A DNA stretch of 64,000 nucleotides, taken from NCBI GenBank assembly GCA_030390025.1, contig CM059431.1, positions 117,616,001-117,680,000 on the forward strand, written 5' to 3'. Under the pieces are notes generated by a model. That model did no database searches, was not told the origin of the DNA, and was given only the letters and a program-made list of their open reading frames with translations. Both the position numbers and the translations under genes were made by a program. Every line of letters starts with the position of its first letter. Position 1 is the first letter of the stretch. Origin of the DNA: Squalus acanthias (taxonomy: Eukaryota). Shown here piece after piece: positions 12,705 to 24,565 of this stretch.

Positions 12705-15211
12705 GGGGGAAAAATTCAGTTGGTTTGTGCCTCCTGTTAGCGCCTTAAGAGGGTGCTAATGGGGCGCAAAGCAACTAGCGCCCGTGCGCGGCGATGTTTG
12801 CGCCGCTCATGAAATTAACTAGACATTTTGCGGCGGCGCTAAACACTACCACCACGATCTTTTGCGCCAGCAGATCGTGACATCAGTCGAGTGTGCAACG
12901 CCCCGGTATCGCCCCGGAGCGGATATTGAGTGGCGCCCCCTGCTTTACTGCCTGCCGCTAGCAACGACATGTTGAGGGGAGCATTTTGCAGTCAGGAAGG
13001 GACTGGGGGAGTGCTATTTAAAGGCAAACGCTTCCTGCCTTTTATTGTTGGTGACATTTTTGCACCACGCATTCTGAGAGAGAGAGAGAGAGAGACTTCT
13101 GGAGAGATTCAACGCTGTGTGAAGGAGTTTTGGGTACTGAGCAGCACTTTGCAGGTTCATTTTGATTTGCCCTTCCTTGTATCGATTTAGAAAAGACTGT
13201 GGGGGCTGCACTCTGAGCTCTTTCCCTGGTTCTCTCCATTGTCCTTTCCAGCAGATTTGATGTATAGGTCTCTCCAGACCGAGATTCAAGGCTGCAATGA
13301 GTAGTATGTGGATGGAAAGCAAGATCAATCCTCCCCTTTAAGAACTGGCTGGCGCCATTGTGTCTGTGTTCCATTGCTGACTGACATCACATGAGCTTCG
13401 CCAGCGCTCTGAGGCAGCGCCTCGCTCCTCGGCCTTTGCGCCTTAAGATCGGTGTGAAGCGCCTGATTTAGCGCTCCAATCACCTCCAGGGGCGATAAAA
13501 GTCAAGTTTGCAGTCGGAGGTGATAATTAGCGCCAGGCGCTAATCTTTGCGCCCGGCCGATACTTGCGCCCTGTAAAATTCGCAATTATCGCGATTCGAA
13601 ATAACGAGATAAAGCAGATTCGTTTCATCAGTTTATTTAAATGAAATGCTGTCATGATTAAACAGGACACAGAAGCCTGTAAAATGGCCGCCGCGCCTCG
13701 TGGCAGAAGCTTCCAGAATTTTCAGTGGGCAGACAAAATGGCGTTCGAATAAACATTTCAGTAAAGATTGGTTAATACGCAGCAAACACTGATAAAGACA
13801 GGATGCAACCTGTCTGCATTCGACACAATAGCAAAGATATAAGTGCTGGAATCATTTTCCATGCACAAGTAAGGACCATTGTACTGGGCAATCGAAGGCC
13901 CATCCAGATACATCAATACGCAAATTCCCCCATGGCTCTACAATGAGAGAGCCATTCTCGGGTGATTAAGTCAGTATTCGAGGAGGCCCCAAAACCAGTC
14001 AGGGAGACTCCTAGCCGGTTCGACAATGGGGAAAACATTAACGGGTAGTTGGCCAGTTTAAGGTGCTACCGAAACCCATTAAAGAAAAGAATCACCCCAT
14101 ACTGGGAATTTTGAGCGCCAAGATTTTACAAAGGATGAACATTAAGATTTGGGCGGGAGATAAGGGAACACAGCACTATAACTATAGTGAACAAACGTCC
14201 ATCTCTCTCTTATTCCTCTGATCCTCCCGGGGCTGATTCATTTGAACTGACTCTGGACGCGGGCTGAACTTTTATTCTCCTATGTTGGGTGGAGCTCAAT
14301 TTGGAACGAGCCGCCTCGACGAAGGCCAGTGAACGGGTGCACCATCCCGAGGGTCGGTAAACGGTGTTCTGGACCCGAAGAGATGAGACGAGACGAGATG
14401 AGAAGAGAAGAAGAAGAATCCACGTGCCGCCGTGGTCAGTAAACCCCGACCGCGCCCGAAAATATATAGACCATTTTTGAACTCTATAGGTTACTGCACG
14501 AACTGGTCAAAGACTCTTCTTTGAATTCTATCGGCAACCGGTGTTGGACACAGGAAGATTCTTCTTCGAACCGGGCCCCGAGCACTGTCGAGTTCTTCAT
14601 GACAACGGGGAGCCCAGCCTGCTAGCCAGAGCAGAGAAGGTAAACAAGTGGGGTACAGAGACCCTTTGCAACACGTGACAGTCAGGTGTTGCAGCGAAAC
14701 AAGCCGAGTGCCTCGTTTAAAATTCTCCGAAGTATCACGAGTGGTGAGCATGTTTCCTCGATCCTACAAATCTAGATTAGTGTAGGTATTGATAGGGGAG
14801 GGTGGTTTTATTAAGGATAAATATAATGTGTTCCCCTTTTTATGATGTGCCGTGCGATCCTCATTACCCTAGACCAAGTTTTATGAATGTATGTATACTT
14901 GTACTGTCATTAATTTGTGCCTATGACATGTACTTCATGATTTTGGACGTTATGCAATAAAGATTTCCATTTCGTACTATTCAACCGGGTCTATTTGAGT
15001 TTTTCTCTGCATTACTGCTCTCGCACCTAAGTCCAGTGTTAGAACCGTAAGGGCGAGTGGGTCGAACCACTCACAGTTGCTTATTGCAACAAGGCTGGCC
15101 GGAGACCAGAGCAAGCAATAGTATTAGGCAACGAAGGCCTAACCCCGCACAAGCACCTACGAACCGAAACCCCTTACAGCCCCAAATGGGGCGATACTGA
15201 ATTTTTCCCCC
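12705..15211. mobile_element. Harbinger family II MITE (~0.9 kb) interrupted by a solo LTR
   Basis: Perfect 16-bp TIR GGGGGAAAAATTCAGT and ATT TSD; an uninterrupted inverted copy lies at 43237-44124. Confidence 0.9.
13572..15178 (+). mobile_element. Solo LTR (1607 bp)
   Basis: TGTAA...TTACA ends, GCCC TSD and AATAAA at 14956; absent from the sister MITE at 43237. Confidence 0.85.
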
Positions 15212-15319
15212 ATTAACTTTTGTTGTCTTTTTTTGAAAAATCCTATGAAAAATGCGAGTGATGCAATAAAACTTTAGTGTTGTGTTTTATCCTCCTTAAT
15301 CTGCACAAATCCACTAAGT

Positions 15320-15637
15320 GTTTCCGCCAGGCTGCGGCCACGGCACCACGCCGCCCTGGTGGCCTAGTGTGGGCCATCGGATGCTCTGCAGAGCTTGCAG
15401 CGTCCCTCCCCTTTAACAGAAGGGGAGGGGCGGAGAAACGCATCAGCGCTACGCGGATCGGCCCAGGCATTTCCGGATTCGGAACGTGTTTCTGATGTCC
15501 GAGGTCCGGAAACGCCCGAGCCCAGGTTGCGATATTTCCGGACTTCAGACATCGGAAACACATTCCGAAGTCCGGAAAAACACGAAAACCGGCTCGGCCT
15601 CGGTCCCGAGGTTGCCGGATTCAGGACGCTCAACCTG
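15320..15637. mobile_element. Tigger-like right end joined to a Harbinger-MITE internal segment
   Basis: Ends in GGACGCTCAACCTG followed by TA; 15331-15460 is the reverse complement of ~54311-54440. Confidence 0.65.
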
Positions 15638-15689
15638 TACTACTTAAACCTCTTTAATGAAAATCCCAGATTTTCCAACAGTTTCTAAA

Positions 15690-16488
15690 GATATGAAATG
15701 GGCAGACACATGGCAGATGCAATTTAATGTGAATAAATGTGATATGATGCACTTTGGGAGAAACAACATGGAGAGACAGTATAATCTAAATGGTACCTTT
15801 TTGAGGGGGTGCAAGACCAGAGGGACCTGGGGGTGCACAGTCACAAATCTTTGAAGGTGGCAGGGCAAGTTGATAAGCCGGTTAAGAAAGCGTAAGGGAT
15901 ACTTGGCTTTGTAAATAAGGGCATTGAATACAAAAACAAGGAAGTCATGCGAAACCTTTACAAATCTGTGCAAGGCCTCAACTGGAGTATTGTGTACCAC
16001 TTTGGGCACCACACTTTAGGAAGACCCTGGAGAGGGTACTGAGGAGGTTTACCAGGATGATACCAGGGAGTTTAGTTATGTGGAGAGATTGGAGAAGTTG
16101 GAATTGTTCTCCTTAGATAGAAAAGGTTAAGGGGAGACCTAATAGACATATTCAAAATTATGAGGGGTTAGAGCAAGTAGAGAGAAAGTATTTCTGGTAA
16201 GTGGCTCAGTAACCAGAGGTCATAGATTTAAAATAATTGGTAAAAGAACGAGAGGGGAAATTTCTTCACACAGAGGGTTGTTAAAATCTTGAACACACTG
16301 CCTGAAAGGGTGCTGGAATCAGATTCCATAGGAACTTTTAAAAGGTAATTGGACATATACTTGAAGAGGACTAATTTGCAGGGTTATGGGAAAAAGCTGG
16401 GGTGTGGGATTAAATTTGACAACTCCTTCAAAGAGCCGGCACAGGTGTGACGGGTCGAATGGCCTCCTTCTGTGCTGTAAGATACTAT
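15690..16488 (+). mobile_element. 5'-truncated CR1 LINE 3' end
   Basis: WADTWQMQFNVNKC and CR1 3' UTR; the ATTCTAT tail resumes after the Harbinger at 20733. Confidence 0.88.
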
Positions 16489-17037
16489 GGCCGGAATTTT
16501 CCCGCTGCCATCTGTGCGGGATTGCAGGCGGGTCAGCAGTAAAAGTTGGAGAAAAAGGGAGCGCCTCAGGAACCCGCTGTCAGCCCGCCTCCTCACGCCT
16601 TTAACTCGGGCGCGTTTGCCAGCGCGGCACGGACCCGAATGGCAGAGGCGGGCGACCTAATTTAGCTCGTTAAAATCTTGTTATCAGACCCTTAACAGTG
16701 TTTTTAACCAGACCTTTTGAATTTCACTGTATGACCACGGGAATCACGCAGCTCGGGAACCACATCTGTCAACCTGAGGTGGAAGCTCAGTGGCCATTGA
16801 GCGAGGTGATTAATGCAGAGCATGGAAATCCCAATAAATATTCCCACATGACACCTGCTTACTTGTCTATGGGAAAGGCTCTTGCTGAGTGCATTTTGAG
16901 CACAGACTTAAGTGTCCACACTTTGCAAGTATTTTCTGCAACTTTGGAAACCACTCTCAGTTCATTGCTACAAACTATCATACCATTGACAAATTGGTCC
17001 TCTTATTTCTACTTGACCTGCCATCTATTACATCAGC

Positions 17038-18242
17038 ATGGATGCCGTTTATACTGTCTCACTCTGGTCCTCAGAATCGCACCAAGATGAGCCCCAACAT
17101 CAGCAGTAGCAGGCAGATCAGCAGCAGCAGCAACAGCATCAACAACCTTCTCCTCAACGACCTGATGCTCCCCAGGACAGAGGGCATCAGTGCAGGGCTG
17201 CATCACGTTGGAGGCGATACCCCCAACACAGGTTTTAAAGGCAAAGGATGAGCTTCCTCAACATGACTGAGCAGCAGTGCTAAAGGAGGCTCAGTCCACC
17301 ACGCCAGGTCGTCGCAGACATTTGTAGCTTGCTGGAGCAAGACTTGCAGCCCAGAGGACCTGGTGGAAATGCCTTACCAGTGGCTATCAAAGTCACCAGT
17401 GCCCTCAACTTCTTTGCCTCAGACTCCTGCCAGGGATCTGCAGCAGACATTTGCAGCATCTCGCAGTCAGCCACCCACAGATGCATCACACAGGTCACCG
17501 ATGCCATATTTGAGAAGTCAGCCAATTATATCAACTTTGCTACTGATGAAGCCAGTGTTACTGAGCGGGCGCTCAGCTTTGCCACTCCGGCATCTTCAAC
17601 TGCAAACATGTGACCATCAGGGCACCCCCACATCACCCAGGAGTGTTTGTGAACCGTAAGGGCTTCCACTCCCTCAATGTGCAGCTGGTCTGCAACCATA
17701 GGAAGATCATCATGCATGTGTGCGCCAAATTTTATTGCAGCTGTCATGATTCTTTCGTCCTGCGCCAGTCCACCCTCCCTCAGCTCTTCACTCCTCCAAA
17801 CAGGCTTTCCGGCTGGCTGCTTGGAGACAAGGGCTATCCACTGAAGATGTGGCTCATGACACTCTTGAGGAGACCAAGTACTGAGGCTCAGGAGCACTAT
17901 AATGAAAGCCACAAGTCCACCAGATGTGTCATAGACCAAACAATAGGCATGTTGAAAATGTACTTCAGATGCCTTGACAGATCTGGAGGAGGCCTTCAGT
18001 ACACACCAGCCAGAGTCTCCAGAATCGTTGTGGTGCAGCAGCGAGGATTAGCATTGCATGAGGAGCAAGGCACTGAGCGCACAGCCTCTTCAGAGGAGGA
18101 GGAGGAGGAGGAGGAGGAGGAATATCAGCTGGAAGAAGAAGAGGAGGAGCAGGAGGAATCTGAGGTCCAGATGCCATCAACACCCGAGCACATTGCTGTC
18201 CGGGAGGCCAGGGATGGCCTCATCATGGCCAGATTTATTTAA
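17038..18242 (+). pseudogene. Harbinger (HARBI1-like) DDE transposase
   Basis: [52 protein letters not shown]-rich N-terminus, poly-E C-terminus, several stops and a deletion near the first catalytic D. Confidence 0.92.
18093..18160 (+). repeat. (GAG/GAA)n tract encoding the transposase poly-Glu tail
   Basis: Direct reading; similar tracts at 23370-23450, 27850-27910 and 30280-30390. Confidence 0.85.
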
Positions 18243-18543
18243 CTTCCTGCATTACACTCATATTTCTGCTACATGCTGTGCCAGGTCCTCCCCCCCACCA
18301 ACCAACAACACCATAAAGTATCCCTACAATGACCAAGCCATTCCTTTCACACTGACCCCCATTGCTGGAGGTAACGTTATGTCTCACCATTCACTCCAAC
18401 TCACTGAGCCGCTTCCAAAGTAGCTGACAAAAATGGGCATGACCAGAAAGTGGTGAAAATAAATAGTTTTATATGTGTCAAAACATTAACGGTACCTTAA
18501 CAACAACACTTCTTTAAACACCCAAGTGCTTACCCTTGTGCAT

Positions 18544-20438
18544 CTACTTGTGTGTCATCTTTCTCTTACGCATGCTTCTACGAGGTGTAACCCCTGTAGC
18601 TTCAGCAGAGTTAGAGGCAGGCTGCTCACTTCGCTGCTGCGACTGCGTAGACACTTTTGCCAGATGTCCTCTGGGTTTGGAGCCTCTGATGGCCCCGCCA
18701 AAGTCTGCTGCACCTGTGACTGTGCAGGGGGAGACTCGGCCATCGCGATCCAAGGAGGCATCTGGGGCTCTGTCTGAGGAGGGGGACAACGGGGGAGAAG
18801 TGTGAGCACTTTGAGAGGAGCCTCCACTTCCATGTCCCTCTCACCATCATCCCTCTCATGGGCCACCCGCAATTCCCTGCTAGCAAGGAGCTGGAGAGCA
18901 CCTTGCTGCACAGCAGTGGGGCCATGAGGTTCCAAATCTACGTTTATATCCCTCCTAGAGAGGAGTTCTATGAGCCTCTGCCATCTATTCTCCATAGATA
19001 GCATGTGCTCCTGTGAGTGGTGCATTAGCTGCTCCATGCAGGTGGCCATCCTTTCCATTAAGAGCCTACAGTCGCCATCACCTGTGATATGGTGGTGCTC
19101 ATGTTGGAGATGGACTCCTCCATTCTCTGCACATTTGCAGACATCACGGCCGCCAAACCTGTCATAGCCTCCTGCACTTCTTCCTGCACCTCCAGGATCG
19201 CCCTCTTTCTCGATAGCCCCCGAGGCTCAGCGTCTGCATGCAGCTGAGCAGAGCTGGGAGCGTCCTGTGCCTTCCAGCGAGGAGTCTCCACTGCTGTCCT
19301 TGTCTCCACCACCTGCTCTTGCTCACTTGTGACTTGTGAAACACCAGGTGACAACACTACTCTATCTCGCATAGGATCCCCCGAGGCATGTGTATCTGCG
19401 CTGGTGCTGGGTGCACTTATGTCTGGTGGTGGTGCACCCTCAGAGGCTGGAGGCTCCTCTGAGGAGTCGTCTTCCTCCTCCGGCTGGACAGTGGGCGGGA
19501 GGGTGGGGGGGGTGCGGTGGGGGCTCTTGATGGACCTGTGGGAGAGTAAAGAGATGATTTAAAAATGTTATATTAAGAATGGATAACGATACCATTATGC
19601 ACATAATGGACATTCACTGGCTGCTGACATCAGTCCCCATATGAGTGACTGCTGTATGCCATGTAATGAGATGTATGAGATGTAATTCTGTCACCAGGTT
19701 GCTGAGATGTTCCCCTCTCTCCGTCTCCCACCGCCAGCAGCTCTGCAACTCCTGACACCTCCAGGGTGACCTCCTCTGCTGCTGTCAAAGTGGCGAAAGA
19801 TGGAGGGCCACGTCTGGTTCTCTCCCTCTCCCTGTTGTTGTGTGCTCGTTTCTCCTGCAAGGAGGGAAAGAAGAGAAGTTTGAGTGAGCTTGATGGCATG
19901 AGTGTAAGGAATGTGTGGGTTACATCTTTAGAGGGAGACTATGATGGAGTGGGGTGGCAATGGCAAATGGCCTCCTTGTGTGTTGTTAGTTGGTATGATT
20001 GCATTAGGATGAGGGTGAGTGTGAGGGGTGGTTAGTCAGATGGGGATGTGAGTATGCACATAGAGAGAGAGGGATGGGTGGATGTGCATGGTATGCTGGT
20101 ATGAGTAATGATGTGCAGGAGCAGGCTTGGGAAGGTAGAGTGATGGTGATGTGATGAGAGGCACAGCAGGATGAAGGTGAGTGTGGCTTTGCACTCACCT
20201 TTCCTGATCTCATGAGATCATTGAAGCATTTTCAGCACTGCACCCAGGTCCGCCTCACCACATCCCTGCTGTTCACCTCCTCTCCAATTTGGAACCAGGC
20301 TCTTTTTGTCTCCTGGAGAGGTCTCTTCCCCCCATCAGGAGGGAAGAGGACCTCCCTGCATGCTCTGACTCCCTCCACAAGAATATGTAGGGAGTCATCT
20401 GAAAATCTTGGTGCAGCCCTCTGTCTTTCTGAAGCCAT
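18544..20438 (-). pseudogene. Harbinger Myb/SANT-like gene (exons 20438-20199, 19854-19695, 19535-18544)
   Basis: MASERQRAAPRFSDDSLHILVEGVR...; 240/160-nt exons with GT/AG; TGA at 20234-20232; C-terminal RKRK. Confidence 0.9.
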
Positions 20439-21089
20439 CTTTGCAAGTCTGAGCAATAACCAGATCGTGATATATCCTCACTGCACACTCCTAGATGAAA
20501 CTTCAAATGCGATGTGGCCAAGGCTGTTTTAAATATCCCCACTGGAAATGCGTTATCGATGATGTCATCAGACACGTACCATTTAATAGGGCCGGGAAAC
20601 GCGCAGACCTGCCTTAATAGGTGGCATTAACAGAAAGTCGCTCTGAGGAGTGGGATGATAAGAACAACGTGGTTCTGACCCACCATGCGGCCCGCACGCA
20701 CCCCACCCGCCTAGGTAAGGAAAATTCCGGCCTATGATTCTATATGAGATCATATTTTGATGTTTCAATAAAATAAATATTTTATATTGAAAATTTGAAT
20801 GTGAAGAACATCCGAAGGCTAGTCTTTGTTTTCGGTTGCCTGTTTTCATCCTGTTGGGTCCATGAATAACCAATTCTTTAAATTGAGCCAGCAGAAAGCA
20901 TCTAATCAAGGCTGTCATTATGTTGGCTTCACACGTCTCCAGCAGTTAAATGAACTGCTTAACTAGTGTAGAAATGATAACGTTCGTAAATCAGTAGTGC
21001 AAATGGAAAGAAATATCAGTGTTAGTTGAATATTTTCATAGATCCCAGTTGATTGTTTCAGGCATGAATACTTTGCTTCACAGAAAGGA

Positions 21090-21720
21090 CCCAAAGCCCC
21101 ACTATGAGCCTTTGGCTCAGCTGTCAATGACCTCCCTCAGTGGAAACCCCAACAACAGCTGTTGGCTAAACCCCTGATACCGGTTGTCAGCCAACTCCTG
21201 AAGAGACATTTATAAAGATACAGCTAACAGCTTTCATTTCTGCGTGGGGGGGCCTTTGGTAATTCCTTTAGTTCTTGATATGAAGTCACTGGTTTCAGCA
21301 AAGAGCGCAGCTGCCGCCTGGCAGGTAGAGAGCTGCAGCAGCTGATTGGCGGATGCTGCAGATGTCGCCTGCTGTTGACTGGATTAAGCCGAGGCATAAA
21401 CTGTCAGGGCCTCAGTAACTTTGACAGCCGCCAGCAAGAATGGACGTGACCTGGTGCTGGGCTACAATTGGTGCTGCAGCAGGTGACAGCCTCGCTGGCA
21501 AAGTGGTACCTCCTCACATACTGCTCCTCAGTAAATTCCAGCAGATGTTCTGGGCCTGTATGCCCATGTGTGGTGAGGTCTCCTGAGAGCTGTCCTCCTT
21601 CCGTCTCTTCTCTCCGCAGCTGCAGATTCCTGGACTCTAGACTGCTCCTCCCCCTTCCCCTCCACCTCCCTCTTCTTCTCCTCCCCTTCCATCCGCAATG
21701 GCAGCCAATCCATTGAAAGC
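21090..21720 (-). pseudogene. Degenerate Harbinger transposase remnant
   Basis: LEFTEEQYVRRYHF, LLAAVKVTEAL and LADNRYQGFSQQLL-like segments. Confidence 0.6.
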
Positions 21721-21797
21721 AATCAGAAGTTTTCCAGAAGCCCCTGGTCAAAACCCCTCTGCCCACTCACCAAATTACTTTCACTAACAGATACTGT

Positions 21798-22640
21798 GGG
21801 CTGGATTTTGAAGTTGGGGTTGGGTTGGGGTCATGAATCACACATTCTGGCTTGTGAATCCGCCTCCATCGAGATGTGGCCAACCCACTGTATTTTCCCT
21901 TGATTGACCTTGTTGAGTCCGCCCAGTGGGCTCAGCAGGCCAATTAAGGGCCACCCGGCAACAGGTGACATCACAGACTGACATTTCATCTGTCAAGAGC
22001 TTTTGACAGATGAAATATCAGCGTTTGACAGCTCTGTGAAGCTGTCAAACACTCACAATATGATTTCTAACTTCAGTCCTTCCTTTCAGGCTGAGTTAGA
22101 AATCATTCCAGCACAGAAAACAGAAGGCTGCAGGTTTTGACAGAACCATGGCTTTCCTGCTTTCTGTACCGGTGAGATTTCTAATTCCCGAGAACTGAAG
22201 GGCTGACACCTGCAGGAGGAAGTTAAGGTAAGTAAAACTTTTTCCAACACTTAGCACTTACCTTACACACTTACCTCTGCACACATGCACCCATCACTCA
22301 CCTACCCACCGGACATATCGACCCCTCCAACCCCTGCAGACCCACGGCCCGACCCGATAACTTGGAGTGGTTGCTACCTGTCGGGAAGCCCACACTTTTC
22401 TTTTGAAAATAGGGATTATGCAAAAAACTGCCTGTTAACTACCTGTTAACAGGCAGTTAATTGTCACTATTTCCTTCCCGCCTCGGGGAGTCAGGTCTCA
22501 GACCAGGTCGGGTACCCGCCGCCAGAGAAACTGGCATGGAGGCGGGTTGGAGTCGGGATGGGGTCGGGACCCCCGAATCTGCAACTTTAACCCTCCCCCG
22601 CCTCCAAACCCTACTCCACGGGTCATTGAAAATCCAGCCC
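21798..22640. mobile_element. Harbinger-type MITE (843 bp) with internal hairpin array
   Basis: Perfect 12-bp TIR GGGCTGGATTTT, flanks TGT/TAT, ACCCGCC subterminal motifs. Confidence 0.82.
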
Positions 22641-24565
22641 TATCAGTTCCGGTATCCCAAAGTTCCTAAAAAGCTCAAAAGCAATCTAAAGTAACTAACT
22701 AGAGAGCAGGTGATGAGTCCTTTAAATATTGCTCGACAAGGCAATGCTGCTCTCAACCTTTGATTTGCGTGACTGATTTAGAATTGGCAAATAGGATGCC
22801 ACAGCTATTGAAAAAGGCATTTTGGTCCTTAAACAAGCACAGGATCCTAATTAGCATGCACATATAGGTCTCCGCTGATTTCAGTCGAGGACACTGGACG
22901 CCTCAAAATTACAATGGGTATATTCTGTGGAGGGAACAGGCATGCAAGATCAAAACTCAACTTTCCGTGCATTCGTTCTCATTTTTTGGAGTAGAAACGG
23001 GCATTCACAAGTTAAAAATTCCCCCCACCCCCCCTTGATATTCAGAACATTTTCTGGAATAACAAGTATAGCTGTGGGTAGAAACATACTGAGGGAAAAA
23101 ATTGTGTGGTTTGCGCCACATTTTAGTGGCACAAGATGGCGCTAAAATGCTGTTGACAGCTTTAATGCCGGCTGATGCTGGTTCCAGCGCCGCACGCCAT
23201 ATCGGTGTTGCCAATAGTGCTGCCAGTAAACTTGATCACCAGGGATTTCGCCATCATGGAGATCGTGACATCAGTGAGTGTGCAACGCTCACTGGATGTT
23301 CGATCTCCCAACTTCGTTATAGCCACTTGCCTTAACGGCAGCGCAGAACAACGATAGGGAGAGCTGGCCTCAGGAGGATGACGAGGCAGAGGAGGATGAG
23401 AAGGAAGAGGACGAGGAGGAGGAGGATGAGGAGGAGGAGGAACAGGAGGGAGTGTGGAGGCAGCAAGACAATCGGCCTTCTGAATGGGCTATCCGTGACC
23501 GGCTCATCAGACTCAGATTCGCATGAATATAACCCCAAATCCCCATAGCTCACCACATCCCCATCATGCAATCTCTGTATCATGCCATATCACAGCATCC
23601 TCCTGGTGCAAAGGTGAAATGAGAGAGACCACAAAATATTCCAAAATCCATTAATAAATTTATGCATAAACATATCACACATATCACATGAATTTTAATA
23701 ACTAATGATCCTTGAGCATACCATAGTTGAATAGCTGTCATTGTGCGCAAGGTGTGAGATGTGGGTATGAGTGTTGGTGGGTAGAGATTGTTGGTGGGTG
23801 AGTGCTGGGGGTGCAATGCTTTGGGCAGTGTGTGAAGCTTGTGGTATAGATGGTGGTATGTAGCATTTGTTGAAGCATTCAATCATCCTGGCCAACCGAC
23901 TGAGGTGGATCTGCCATGAGCACACCTGCTTCCATCCTGCGGCTCCTTCTCCTTGTTGTGCTTCTCCTTGCTGAGGCAGCTGCACAGCCAGCAATGCTGA
24001 GAATGAGGTGCTGCAGTATCAATGAACCTCCCTTTAAGTACTGGGAAAAGTCTGTGGCAATAATGAGTTGCAATTAGACAAAACCCGATATTGGTCCACC
24101 TTTTAAGTGTAACGCCAATGAGCTAGGCCTTTAAGACTTGATTTAGTGCCCCAATCATTTCTTTGAGCAGTGAGAATGAATTTTGCGTGCAGTCTAAAGC
24201 ATTAGCGCCTGGCACTAATTCTCAGCTAGAAATTCGGTATCATCCCAGTTGGGGCGCTAAATTTTAAAATGTTGCAGAATTAACGCCAGGCGTTAATCCT
24301 TCTGACCTCCCGCTAAATTGATTGTTAGCGCTCCAAGAAAGAACTGGAGTGCTAAATCATGCGCTAATCACCTAACTTAGGGTGCTACACACAGCAAGTG
24401 GGGCATTACTCACAGAGTGATAACCAATTTCAGGTGCACTCCAATCAGGACTCATCATTCACACTGGCTCCTTCTAGTTCTTAAAGGGGAGGTTCAATCA
24501 TTCAGCACCACCTCACGCTCTGAAGGCGATCTCCAAGCAACTCAACAGCTACACCTCTTATCCTC

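Larger units (their letters stand above)
16489..20732. mobile_element. Complete two-gene Harbinger family I element (4244 bp)
   Basis: Perfect 14-bp TIR GGCCGGAATTTTCC, TAT TSD, convergent transposase (+) and Myb-like (-) genes. Confidence 0.93.
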
